DNA of 64,000 nucleotides from Octopus sinensis (Eukaryota): contig NC_043009.1 of NCBI RefSeq assembly GCF_006345805.1, forward strand, positions 39,494,001 through 39,558,000, in the 5' to 3' direction. Shown here in pieces: positions 52,601 to 64,000 of this stretch. Position numbers and translations under genes: made by a program. The notes below the pieces were generated by a model. The model was given only the letters and a program-made list of their open reading frames with translations, searched no databases and was not told where the DNA came from. How positions within the stretch are numbered: the stretch's first letter is position 1; the number at the start of each line of letters is the position of its first letter.

Positions 52601-55600
52601 TAAAAAAGAAAAATAGAGAATCGATTCGTTCGATTGGAATCTTCCAAGGCGCTACCCAAGTACGGCCGATGTTGGTTTGTTTAAGTTCTGTAACTTAGCG
52701 ATTCGGCAATTGTGAAGTATAGAATAAGTAGGCGGCTAACAAAGAAAAATAGAGAATCGATTCGTTCGATTGGAATCTTCCAAGGCGCTACCCAAGTACG
52801 GCCGATGTTGGTTTGTTTAAGTTCTGTAACTTAGCGATTCGGCAATTGTGAAGTATAGAATAAGTACGCGGCTAAAAAAGAAAAATAGAGAATCGATTCG
52901 TTCGATTGGAATCTTCCAAGGCGCTACCCAAGTACGGCCGATGTTGGTTTGTTTAAGTTCTGTAACTTAGCGATTCGGCAATTGTGAAGTATAGAATAAG
53001 TAGGCGGCTAAAAAAGAAAAATAGAGAATCGATTCGTTCGATTGGAATCTTCCAAGGCGCTACCCAAGTACGGCCGATGTTGGTTTGTTTAAGTTCTGTA
53101 ACTTAGCGATTCGGCAATTGTGAAGTATAGAATAAGTAGGCGGCTAAAAAAGAAAAATAGAGAATCGATTCGTTCGATTGGAATCTTCCAAGGCGCTGCC
53201 CAAGTACGGCCGATGTTGGTTTGTTTAAGTTCTGTAACTTAGCGATTCGGCAATTGTGAAGTATAGAATAAGTACGCGGCTAAAAAAGAAAAATAGAGAA
53301 TCGATTCGTTCGATTGGAATCTTCCAAGGCGCTACCCAAGTACGGCCGATGTTGGTTTGTTTAAGTTCTGTAACTTAGCGATTCGGCAATTGTGAAGTAT
53401 AGAATAAGTACGCGGCTAAAAAGAAAAATAGAGAATCGATTCGTTCGATTGGAATCTTCCAAGGCGCTACCCAAGTACGGCCGATGTTGGTTTGTTTAAG
53501 TTCTGTAACTTAGCGATTCGGCAATTGTGAAGTATAGAATAAGTAGGCGGCTAAAAAAGAAAAATAGAGAATCGATTCGTTCGATTGGAATCTTCCAAGG
53601 CGCTACCCAAGTACGGCCGATGTTGGTTTGTTTAAGTTCTGTAACTTAGCGATTCGGCAATTGTGAAGTATAGAATAAGTAGGCGGCTAAAAAAGAAAAA
53701 TAGAGAATCGATTCGTTCGATTGGAATCTTCCAAGGCGCTGCCCAAGTACGGCCGATGTTGGTTTGTTTAAGTTCTGTAACTTAGCGATTCGGCAATTGT
53801 GAAGTATAGAATAAGTACGCGGCTAAAAAAGAAAAATAGAGAATCGATTCGTTCGATTGGAATCTTCCAAGGCGCTACCCAAGTACGGCCGATGTTGGTT
53901 TGTTTAAGTTCTGTAACTTAGCGATTCGGCAATTGTGAAGTATAGAATAAGTAGGCGGCTAAAAAGAAAAATAGAGAATCGATTCGTTCGATTGGAATCT
54001 TCCAAGGCGCTACCAAGTACGGCCGATGTTGTTTTGTTAAGTTCTGTAACTTAGCGATTCGGCAATTGTGAAGTATAGAATAAGTACGCGGCTAAAAAAG
54101 AAAAATAGAGAATCGATTCGTTCGATTGGAATCTTCCAAGGCGCTACCCAAGTACGGCCGATGTTGGTTTGTTTAAGTTCTGTAACTTAGCGATTCGGCA
54201 ATTGTGAAGTATAGAATAAGTACGCGGCTAAAAAAGAAAAATAGAGAATCGATTCGTTCGATTGGAATCTTCCAAGGCGCTACCCAAGTACGGCCGATGT
54301 TGGTTTGTTTAAGTTCTGTAACTTAGCGATTCGGCAATTGTGAAGTATAGAATAAGTACGCGGCTAACAAAGAAAAATAGAGAATCGATTCGTTCGATTG
54401 GAATCTTCCAAGGCGCTACCCAAGTACGGCCGATGTTGTTTGTTTAAGTTCTGTAACTTAGCGATTCGGCAATTGTGAAGTATAGAATAAGTACGCGGCT
54501 AACAAAGAAAAATAGAGAATCGATTCGTTCGATTGGAATCTTCCAAGGCGCTACCCAAGTACGGCCGATGTTGGTTTGTTTAAGTTCTGTAACTTAGCGA
54601 TTCGGCAATTGTGAAGTATAGAATAAGTAGGCGGCTAACAAAGAAAAATAGAGAATCGATTCGTTCGATTGGAATCTTCCAAGGCGCTACCCAAGTACGG
54701 CCGATGTTGGTTTGTTTAAGTACTGTAACTTAGCGATTCGGCAATTGTGAAGTATAGAATAAGTAGGCGGCTAACAAAGAAAAATAGAGAATCGATTCGT
54801 TCGATTGGAATCTTCCAAGGCGCTACCCAAGTACGGCCGATGTTGGTTTGTTTAAGTACTGTAACTTAGCGATTCGGCAATTGTGAAGTATAGAATAAGT
54901 AGGCGGCTAACAAAAAGAAAAATAGAGAATCGATTCGTTCGATTGGAATCTTCCAAGGCGCTACCCAAGTACGGCCGATGGTTTGTTTGTTTAAGTTCTG
55001 TAACTTAGCGATTCGGCAATTGTGAAGTATAGAATAAGTAGGCGGCTAAAAAAAAAAAATAGAGAATCGATTCGTTCGATTGGAATCTTCCAAGGCGCTA
55101 CCCAAGTACGGCCGATGTTGGTTTGTTTAAGTTCTGTAACTTAGCGATTCGGCAATTGTGAAGTATAGAATAAGTAGGCGGCTAAAAAAGAAAAATAGAG
55201 AATCGATTCGTTCGATTGGAATCTTCCAAGGCGCTACCCAAGTACGGCCGATGTTGGTTTGTTTAAGTTCTGTAACTTAGCGATTCCGCAATTGTGAAGT
55301 ATAGAATAAGTAGGCGGCTAAAAAAGAAAAATAGAGAATCGATTCGTTCGATTGGAATCTTCCAAGGCGCTACCCAAGTACGGCCGATGTTGGTTTGTTT
55401 AAGTTCTGTAACTTAGCGATTCGGCAATTGTGAAGTATAGAATAAGTACGCGGCTAAAAAGAAAAATAGAGAATCGATTCGTTCGATTGGAATCTTCCAA
55501 GGCGCTACCCAAGTACGGCCGATGTTGGTTTGTTTAAGTTCTGTAACTTAGCGATTCGGCAATTGTGAAGTATAGAATAAGTACGCGGCCTAAAAAGAAA

Positions 55601-58600
55601 AATAGAGAATCGATTCGTTCGATTGGAATCTTCCAAGGCGCTACCCAAGTACGGCCGATGTTGGTTTGTTTAAGTTCTGTAACTTAGCGATTCGGCAATT
55701 GTGAAGTATAGAATAAGTACGCGGCTAAAAAAGAAAAATAGAGAATCGATTCGTTCGATTGGAATCTTCCAAGGCGCTACCCAAGTACGGCCGATGTTGG
55801 TTTGTTTAAGTTCTGTAACTTAGCGATTCGGCAATTGTGAAGTATAGAATAAGTACGCGGCTAAAAAAGAAAAATAGAGAATCGATTCGTTCGATTGGAA
55901 TCTTCCAAGGCGCTACCCAAGTACGGCCGATGTTGGTTGTTTAAGTTCTGTAACTTAGCGATTCGGCAATTGTGAAGTATAGTATAGAATAAGTACGCGG
56001 CTAACAAAGAAAAATAGAGAATCGATTCGTTCGATTGGAATCTTCCAAGGCGCTACCAAGTACGGCCGATGTTGGTTTGTTTAAGTTCTGTAACTTAGCG
56101 ATTCGGCAATTGTGAAGTATAGAATAAGTACGCGGCTAAAAAGAAAAATAGAGAATCGATTCGTTCGATTGGAATCTTCCAAGGCGCTACCCAAGTACGG
56201 CCGATGTTGGTTTGTTTAAGTTCTGTAACTTAGCGATTCGGCAATTGTGAAGTATAGTATAGAATAAGTAGGCGGCTAAAAAAAAGAAAAATAGAGAATC
56301 GATTCGTTCGATTGGAATCTTCCAAGGCGCTACCCAAGTACGGCCGATGTTGGTTTGTTTAAGTTCTGTAACTTAGCGATTCGGCAATTGTGAAGTATAG
56401 AATAAGTAGGCGGCTAAAAAGAAAAATAGAGAATCGATTCGTTCGATTGGAATCTTCCAAGGCGCTACCCAAGTACGGCCGATGTTGGTTTGTTTAAGTT
56501 CTGTAACTTAGCGATTCGGCAATTGTGAAGTATAGAATAAGTACGCGGCTAAAAAAGAAAATAGAGAATCGATTCGTTCGATTGGAATCTTCCAAGGCGC
56601 TACCCAAGTACGGCCGATGTTGGTTTGTTTAAGTTCTGTAACTTAGCGATTCGGCAATTGTGAAGTATAGAATAAGTACGCGGCTCTAAAAAAGAAAATA
56701 GAGAATCGATTCGTTCGATTGGAATCTTCCAAGGCGCTACCCAAGTACGGCCGATGTTGGTTTGTTTAAGTTCTGTAACTTAGCGATTCGGCAATTGTGA
56801 AGTAGTATAGAATAAGTAGGCGGCTAAAAAAAAGAAAAATAGAGAATCTATTCGTTCGATTGGAATCTTCCAAGGCGCTACCCAAGTACGGCCGATGTTG
56901 GTTTGTTTAAGTTCTGTAACTTAGCGATTCGGCAATTGTGAAGTATAGAATAAGTACGCGGCTAAAAAAGAAAAATAGAGAATCGATTCGTTCGATTGGA
57001 ATCTTCCAAGGCGCTACCCAAGTACGGCCGATGTTGGTTTGTTTAAGTTCTGTAACTTAGCGATTCGGCAATTGTGAAGTATAGAATAAGTACGCGGCTA
57101 AAAAAGAAAAATAGAGAATCTATTCGTTCGATTGGAATCTTCCAAGGCGCTACCCAAGTACGGCCGATGTTGGTTGTTTAAGTTCTGTAACTTAGCGATT
57201 CGGCAATTGTGAAGTATAGAATAAGTACGCGGCTAAAAAAGAAAAATAGAGAATCGATTCGTTCGATTGGAATCTTCCAAGGCGCTACCCAAGTACGGCC
57301 GATGTTGGTTTGTTTAAGTTCTGTAACTTAGCGATTCGGCAATTGTGAAGTATAGAATAAGTACGCGGCTAAAAAAGAAAAATAGAGAATCGATTCGTTC
57401 GATTGGAATCTTCCAAGGCGCTACCCAAGTACGGCCGATGTTGGTTTGTTAAGTTCTGTAACTTAGCGATTCGGCAATTGTGAAGTATAGAATAAGTACG
57501 CGGCTAAAAAAAAAAAATAGAGAATCGATTCGTTCGATTGGAATCTTCCAGGCGCTACCCAAGTACGGCCGATGTTGGTTGTTTAAGTTCTGTAACTTAG
57601 CGATTCGGCAATTGTGAAGTATAGAATAAGTACGCGGCTAAAAAAGAAAAATAGAGAATCGATTCGTTCGATTGGAATCTTCCAAGGCGCTACCCAAGTA
57701 CGGCCGATGTTGGTTTGTTAAGTTCTGTAACTTAGCGATTCGGCAATTGTGAAGTATAGAAGAAGTACGCGGCTAAAAAAGAAAAATAGAGAATCGATTC
57801 GTTCGATTGGAATCTTCCAAGGCGCTACCCAAGTACGGCCGATGTTGGTTTGTTTAAGTTCTGTAACTTAGCGATTCGGCAATTGTGAAGTATAGAATAA
57901 GTAGGCGGCTAACAAAGAAAAAATAGAGAATCGATTCGTTCGATTGGAATCTTCCAAGGCGCTACCCAAGTACGGCCGATGTTGGTGTTTGTTTAAGTTC
58001 TGTAACTTAGCGATTCGGCAATTGTGAAGTATAGAATAAGTACGCGGCTAAAAAAGAAAAATAGAGAATCTATTCGTTCGATTGGAATCTTCCAAGGCGC
58101 TACCCAAGTACGGCCGATGTTGTTTGTTTAAGTTCTGTTTCTGTAGCTTAGCGATTCGGCAATTGTGAAGTATAGAATAAGTACGCGGCTAAAAAAGAAA
58201 AATAGAGAATCGATTCGTTCGATTGGAATCTTCCAAGGCGCTACCCAAGTACGGCCGATGTTGGTTTGTTTAAGTTCTGTAACTTAGCGATTCGGCAATT
58301 GTGAAGTATAGAATAAGTACGCGGCTAACAAAGAAAAATAGAAATAGAGAATCTATTCGTTCGATTGGAATCTTCCAAGGCGCTACCCAAGTACGGCCGA
58401 TGTTGGTTTGTTTAAGTTCTGTAACTTAGCGATTCGGCAATTGTGAAGTATAGAATAAGTACGCGGCTAAAAAAGAAAAATAGAGAATCGATTCGTTCGA
58501 TTGGAATCTTCCAAGGCGCTACCCAAGTACGGCCGATGTTGGTTTGTTTAAGTTCTGTAGCTTAGCGATTCGGCAATTGTGAAGTATAGAATAAGTACGC

Positions 58601-61374
58601 GGCTAAAAAAGAAAAATAGAGAATCGATTCGTTCGATTGGAATCTTCCAAGGCGCTACCCAAGTACGGCCGATGTTGGTTTGTTTAAGTTCTGTAACTTA
58701 GCGATCAGCAATTGTGAAGTATAGAATAAGTACGCGGCTAAAAAGAAAAATAGAGAATCGATTCGTTCGATTGGAATCTTCCAAGGCGCTACCCAAGTAC
58801 GGCGATGTTGGTTTGTTTAAGTTCTGTAACTTAGCGATTCGGCAATTGTGAAGTATAGAATAAGTACGCGGCTAAAAAAGAAAAATAGAGAATCGATTCG
58901 TTCGATTGGAATCTTCCAAGGCGCTACCCAAGTACGGCCGATGTTGGTTGTTTAAGTTCTGTAACTTAGCGATTCGGCAATTGTGAAGTATAGAATAAGT
59001 AGGCGGCTAACAAAGAAAAATAGAGAATCGATTCGTTCGATTGGAATCTTCCAAGGCGCTACCCAAGTACGGCCGATGTTGGTTTGTTTAAGTTCTGTAG
59101 CTTAGCGATTCGGCAATTGTGAAGTATAGAATAAGTACGCGGCTAAAAAAGAAAAATAGAGAATCGATTCGTTCGATTGGAATCTTCCAAGGCGCTACCC
59201 AAGTACGGCCGATGTTGGTTTGTTAAGTTCTGTAACTTAGCGATTCAGCAATTGTGAAGTATAGAATAAGTACGCGGCTAAAAAGAAAAATAGAGAATCG
59301 ATTCGTTCGATTGGAATCTTCCAAGGCGCTACCCAAGTACGGCCGATGTTGGTTTGTTTAAGTTCTGTAACTTAGCGATTCGGCAATTGTGAAGTATAGA
59401 ATAAGTACGCGGCTCTAAAAAAGAAAAATAGAGAATCGATTCGTTCGATTGGAATCTTCCAAGGCGCTACCCAAGTACGGCCGATGTTGGTTTGTTTAAG
59501 TTCTGTAACTTAGCGATTCAGCAATTGTGAAGTATAGAAAAGTACGCGGCTTAAAAAAGAAAAATAGAGAATCGATTCGTTCGATTGGAATCTTCCAAGG
59601 CGCTACCCAAGTACGGCCGATGTTGGTTGTTTAAGTTCTGTAACTTAGCGATTCGGCAATTGTGAAGAGTATAGAATAAGTACGCGGCTAAAAAAGAAAA
59701 ATAGAGAATCGATTCGTTCGATTGGAATCTTCCAAGGCGCTACCCAAGTACGGCGATGTTGGTTTGTTTAAGTTCTGTAGCTTAGCGATTCGGCAATTGT
59801 GAAGTATAGAATAAGTACGCGGCTAAAAAGAAAAATAGAGAATCGATTCGTTCGATTGGAATCTTCCAAGGCGCTACCCAAGTACGGCCGATGTTGTTTG
59901 TTTAAGTTCTGTAGCTTAGCGATTCGGCAATGTGAAGTATAGAATAAGTAGGCGGCTAACAAAGAAAAATAGAGAATCGATTCGTTCGATTGGAATCTTC
60001 CAAGGCGCTACCCAAGTACGGCCGATGTTGGTTTGTTTAAGTTCTGTAGCTTAGCGATTCAGCAATTGTGAAGTATAGAATAAGTACGCGGCTAAAAAAG
60101 AAAAATAGAGAATCGATTCGTTCGATTGGAATCTTCCAAGGCGCTACACAAGTACGGCCGATGTTGGTTTGTTTAAGTTCTGTAACTTAGCGATTCGGCA
60201 ATTGTGAAGTATAGAATAAGTAGGCGGCTAACAAAGAAAAATAGAGAATCTATTCGTTCGATTGGAATCTTCCAAGGCGCTACCCAAGTACGGCCGATGT
60301 TGGTTTGTTTAAGTTCTGTAACTTAGCGATTCAGCAATTGTGAAGTATAGAATAAGTACGCGGCTAAAAAGAAAAATAGAGAATCGATTCGTTCGATTGG
60401 ATCTTTCCAAGGCGCTACCCAAGTACGGCCGATGTTGGTTTGTTTAAGTTCTGTAGCTTAGCGATTCGGCAATTGTGAAGTATAGAATAAGTAGGCGGCT
60501 AACAAAGAAAAATAGAGAATCGATTCGTTCGATTGGAATCTTCCAAGGCGCTACCCAAGTACGGCCGATGTTGGTTGTTTGTTTAAGTTCTGTAGCTTAG
60601 CGATTCGGCAATTGTGAAGTATAGAATAAGTACGCGGCTAAAAAAGAAAAATAGAGAATATATTCGTTCGATTGGAATCTTCCAAGGCGCTACCCAAGTA
60701 CGCCGATGTTGGTTTGTTTAAGTTCTGTAACTTAGCGATTCGGCAATTGTGAAGTATAGAATAAGTACGCGGCTAAAAAAGAAAAATAGAGAATCGATTC
60801 GTTCGATTGGAATCTTCCAAGGCGCTACCCAAGTACGGCCGATGTTGGTTTGTTTAAGTTCTGTAACTTAGCGATTCGGCAATTGTGAAGTATAGAATAA
60901 GTACGCGGCTAAAAAAGAAAAATAGAGAATCGATTCGTTCGATTGGAATCTTCCAAGGCGCTACCCAAGTACGGCCGATGTTGGTTTGTTTAAGTTCTGT
61001 AACTTAGCGATTCGGCAATTGTGAAGTATAGAATAAGTAGGCGGCTAACAAAGAAAAATAGAGAATCGATTCGTTCGATTGGAATCTTCCAAGGCGCTAC
61101 CCAAGTACGGCCGATGTTGGTTTGTTTAAGTTCTGTAGCTTAGCGATTCGGCAATTGTGAAGTATAGAATAAGTAGGCGGCTAAAACAGAAAAATAGAGA
61201 ATCGATTCGTTCGATTGGAATCTTCCAAAGCGCTACCCAAGTACGGCCGATGTTGGTTTGTTTAAGTTCTGTAGCTTAGCGATTCGGCAATTGTGAAGTA
61301 TAGAATAACTACGCGGCTAAAAAAGAAAAATACAGAATCTATTCGTTCGATTGGAATCTTCCAAGGCGCCACCC
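46676..61374. repeat. satellite array, 136-bp unit, about 108 copies
   Basis: Unit gtacggccgatgttggtttgtttaagttctgtaacttagcgattcggcaattgtgaagtatagaataagtacgcggctaaaaaagaaaaatagagaatcgattcgttcgattggaatcttccaaggcgctacccaa. Period of 136 measured at 48035/48171/48307; 14699/136 is about 108. Confidence 0.98.
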
Positions 61375-61422
61375 GAGCATGACCGCAACAAATGAAACAA
61401 GTCAAAAACTGGAAATAAAGGA
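61375..61422 (+). mobile_element. SINE family B terminal segment closing the array
   Basis: gagcatgaccgcaacaaatgaaacaagtcaaaa resembles cagcatggccgcagtcaaatgactgaaacaactaaaa (11220-11260). Confidence 0.7.
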
Positions 61423-61744
61423 TATATATAATATTTATACAGTGTAGGAGCTGAATGAAGCATTTGTCGTTTGTTCATTTATGCTTATGGAAAGATTACA
61501 CGAATGAAATTCATCGGAGTATAATGGAATAAAGGGATAAATATGCCAGCATGACTTTCTGGCTCAGAATTTCGCTTAGCCAGAACATTGTTTCGGTTTC
61601 AGTAGAACTGCCTGGCACTTTCAGCGAGTCTATTCCTCTGTCCCAGGCCAACTATTAAAATGTGTGTGAATTTAGGTGAAGGAATGTTGAAGCCCAATAC
61701 ACATACATACATACATACATGCATGTATATATATATATATATAT

Positions 61745-62097
61745 AAAAGGTAAAGGTAAAGACCCCCTTCGGTCATGAATGGCCATGGGATTGCACCTAG
61801 AAAGTTACCCTCCTAGTCACAAGTCTGGGCAAGGTTGTTTATGGAAGACCAGCAGTCGCCCATGCATACCAGCCTCCCCTCTCCACGCCACCAGTGTTAT
61901 CCAAGGGAAAGGCAAAGGGGCCGATACAGCTTGGCACCTGTGACGTCGCAACTCATTTCTACAGATGAGTGAACTGGAGCAACGTGAAATAAAGTGCCTT
62001 GCTCAAGAACACAACACGCAGCCCGGTCCCGGATTCGAGCTCACAACCTCACAATCGTAAGCTCGACGCTCTAACCACTGAGCCATGCGCCTTCACA
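61745..62097 (-). mobile_element. tRNA-derived SINE family A, full length, with (CTTTAC)n tail
   Basis: Minus strand tgtgaaggcgcatggctcagtggttagagcg...gagctcgaatcc, CORE-like ttcttgagcaaggcacttt, tail ctttacctttacctttt. Confidence 0.85.
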
Positions 62098-62592
62098 TAT
62101 ATATATATATATATACATATGTGTGTGTGTATGTGTGCGTGTGTGTGTGTCTATATGCGTCTGTGTGTGTCTCTGTATGTGTTTATGTATGCACATAATT
62201 ATCTATGTATGCTTATGTGTTTTGTGTTTGTGTTTCTTCCTCACAACCGCTTGACAACCAGTTGTTGTTTTTATTCTTTCTCGATAACCTGTGGTTCGGC
62301 AAAACAAACCCATAGGGTGAGTATTTATTTGACTACGCCCTTCAACACGTTGCCCCTGTCTCGGCACAGTTCGGTGAATGAAATAAGTAAAGGATAAAAC
62401 ATTAAAAGCTCCGAATTTTTTTATTTAATGTTCACTACATTAATAATGCGATAGTTTACTAGCTACTGTTTTTTATGCAGATGGAGTGTCTAGAGTACTT
62501 ATCTTTAATCTTTTGTTGCTGAGTTTTTACATATATTAATTACTCAAGCCTGTGCGTCTATTGTATATAACCTCTCGAAAGAGCTGTTCTTC

Positions 62593-62892
62593 ACCCCTGC
62601 TCCAGCCAGAGCGTCGGCTGCGGGGTCACTCCGAAAAGCTCTATCTGCGACGATTTAATCTCAATCGAAGGAGAGGGGGCTTTCTCCGTGCGGGTTGCGG
62701 ATCCGTGGAATAAGCTGCCGGATGAGATAGTGAAGATGCCGACGACCGCTCGGTTCAAAGTCTCTCTTGACCAGAAATGGCCTGAACTCTTTGTATGAAC
62801 ACCTTCCCTGTACATAACTCTATGTCCCCCTACATGGCCTCGCTTTTTGCTTTTTGAGCCCCAAAATTAACTTAACTTAACTTAACTTAACT
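62593..62892 (+). mobile_element. CR1-clade LINE 3' end with (TAACT)n tail
   Basis: RRLRGHSEKLYLRRFNLNRRR.AFSVRVADPWNKLPDEIV...FKVSLD matches the CR1 RGH..KL...FS.RV...WN.LP...FK..LD C-terminus; tail ttaacttaacttaacttaact. Confidence 0.85.
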
Positions 62893-63496
62893 AGTCATTC
62901 TCGCATCACATTTCACTAGCTGTATGACGTCAATATTTCACTGAGAAGCCTCCAATTAAACCAAAATATGACCTGAGTTACCTCCCGTACCTTAGTGAAA
63001 TTACTCCAGCGTTATTCGCTCAAGAGCAATTCTCTTCTCTTCATCCTACAAATATTCTATTTAAGTTTTTAATGTTCATCCCATTCAGCTTGTTAACAAT
63101 AACTTAATTGTTGCTTTTAATTCCGATGGTGTCTTGTTAGCTTCTGTTTTCTTTTTAATACTCACTGCATTATACACGCTAACATTGGCTTAGCTTTAAC
63201 AATATATTCTATATTGTCAGACCTGAAAATGGATGCAACAGATAATTTCCTACTAACGGAACTGGTGACAGACAATAATAATAATAATAATAATCTCAGA
63301 CGTATTTGTTAGTTATGAATTGGTTATGTGGAGTGTGTGTATATGAAGTGTGTGTGTGATGTATACATATGTATATATATAAACACACACACACACACGC
63401 ACACACACACACATATATATATACATACATATGCATATATATATATATATTTATGATATACATACATACATATATATATATAAATATATATATATA

Positions 63497-64000
63497 CGAG
63501 GGACGTTCAATAAGTAATGCCTCTGACCCACTTGCAATTGTTTGATCTAGCTGAAATTTTGCATGTGCAATCATTTATATTTCTATAGAGTAAGTGGCAA
63601 ATTACAGCTCTGAATTAATTGTGGTGTCTGATTTACAAGTGTGAAATGGAGCCTGTTGAGTGTCGATCAGTGATCCGGTTTTTGTATTTGAAAGGACGCA
63701 CACCACGGGAGACTTTTGATGAAATGAAAGTAACTTATGGTGATGATGCCCCATCATATGACCTTGTAAAACGCTGGCATCGTGAATTCAAACATGGTCG
63801 GAACTCTGTGAAAACAGCTCCCAGATCTGGTCCCCCCCCTTCTGCCATTGATGAGGCATCTGTCCGTCAAGTTGAGGCTGCCATTTTGAAAGATCGACGC
63901 ATAATTATTCGCCAAATAGCCCATGAGGTCAAGATTAGTACCGGATCTGTGGAAACTATCATTCATGACCATTTGCATATGCAAAAGGTGTCTACCAGAT
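63497..64000 (+). mobile_element. mariner DNA transposon, left end, running off the window
   Basis: TA followed by a cgagggacgttcaataagtaatg TIR, within a TA tract. Confidence 0.9.
63646..64000 (+). CDS. mariner transposase, N-terminal HTH region (partial, open to the window edge)
   Basis: Manual translation MEPVECRSVIRFLYLKGRTPRETFDEMKVTYGDDAPSYDLVKRWHREFKHGRNSVKTAPRSGPPPSAIDEASVRQVEAAILKDRRIIIRQIAHEVKISTGSVETIIHDHLHMQKVSTR, with no stop; not listed in the ORF track, probably because it has no stop within the window. Confidence 0.85.
   Translation, partial: MEPVECRSVIRFLYLKGRTPRETFDEMKVTYGDDAPSYDLVKRWHREFKHGRNSVKTAPRSGPPPSAIDEASVRQVEAAILKDRRIIIRQIAHEVKISTGSVETIIHDHLHMQKVSTR

Noticed and set aside
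59768-59962. ORF inside the satellite
   Set aside because: It arises from indels in individual monomers; the consensus unit is not a multiple of 3 and contains stops.
46676-61374. CRISPR-like array
   Set aside because: Units are contiguous 136-bp near-identical monomers with no unique spacers, no cas genes, and a eukaryotic SINE origin.
61990-62097. tRNA genes at SINE heads (also 2859, 9093, 34080, 44170)
   Set aside because: Box A/B motifs are present, but they continue into SINE bodies and I could not fold complete cloverleaves.

Overview
AT-rich, microsatellite-dense eukaryotic DNA with no host gene that I can support. The SINE repertoire and the (TA)n/(CA)n/(TATC)n load suggest an octopod cephalopod; this is inference, not a database result. 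Almost all interpretable sequence is mobile or repetitive. (1) A near-complete but disrupted Tx1/L1-clade non-LTR retrotransposon (34381-39104) and a 5'-truncated sister copy (20769-21852) both sit inside (TATC)n tracts in the same orientation. (2) A decayed R4/Dong-type retrotransposon with a restriction-like endonuclease spans about 29050-32000 on the minus strand. (3) There are RTE-like, CR1 and Penelope-like fragments, mariner and hAT elements, and at least three tRNA-derived SINE families. (4) A 14.7-kb array of about 108 x 136-bp units (46676-61374) is an internal segment of one SINE copy amplified in place, with the SINE head and tail still at either end. (5) A 370-bp inverted duplication joined to a 492-bp tandem duplication pivots on a small hairpin (44423-45833). 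The main leads are the SINE-born satellite, the apparent (TATC)n targeting of the Tx1-like element, and the fold-back/tandem structure. All alignments, counts and translations were made by eye.
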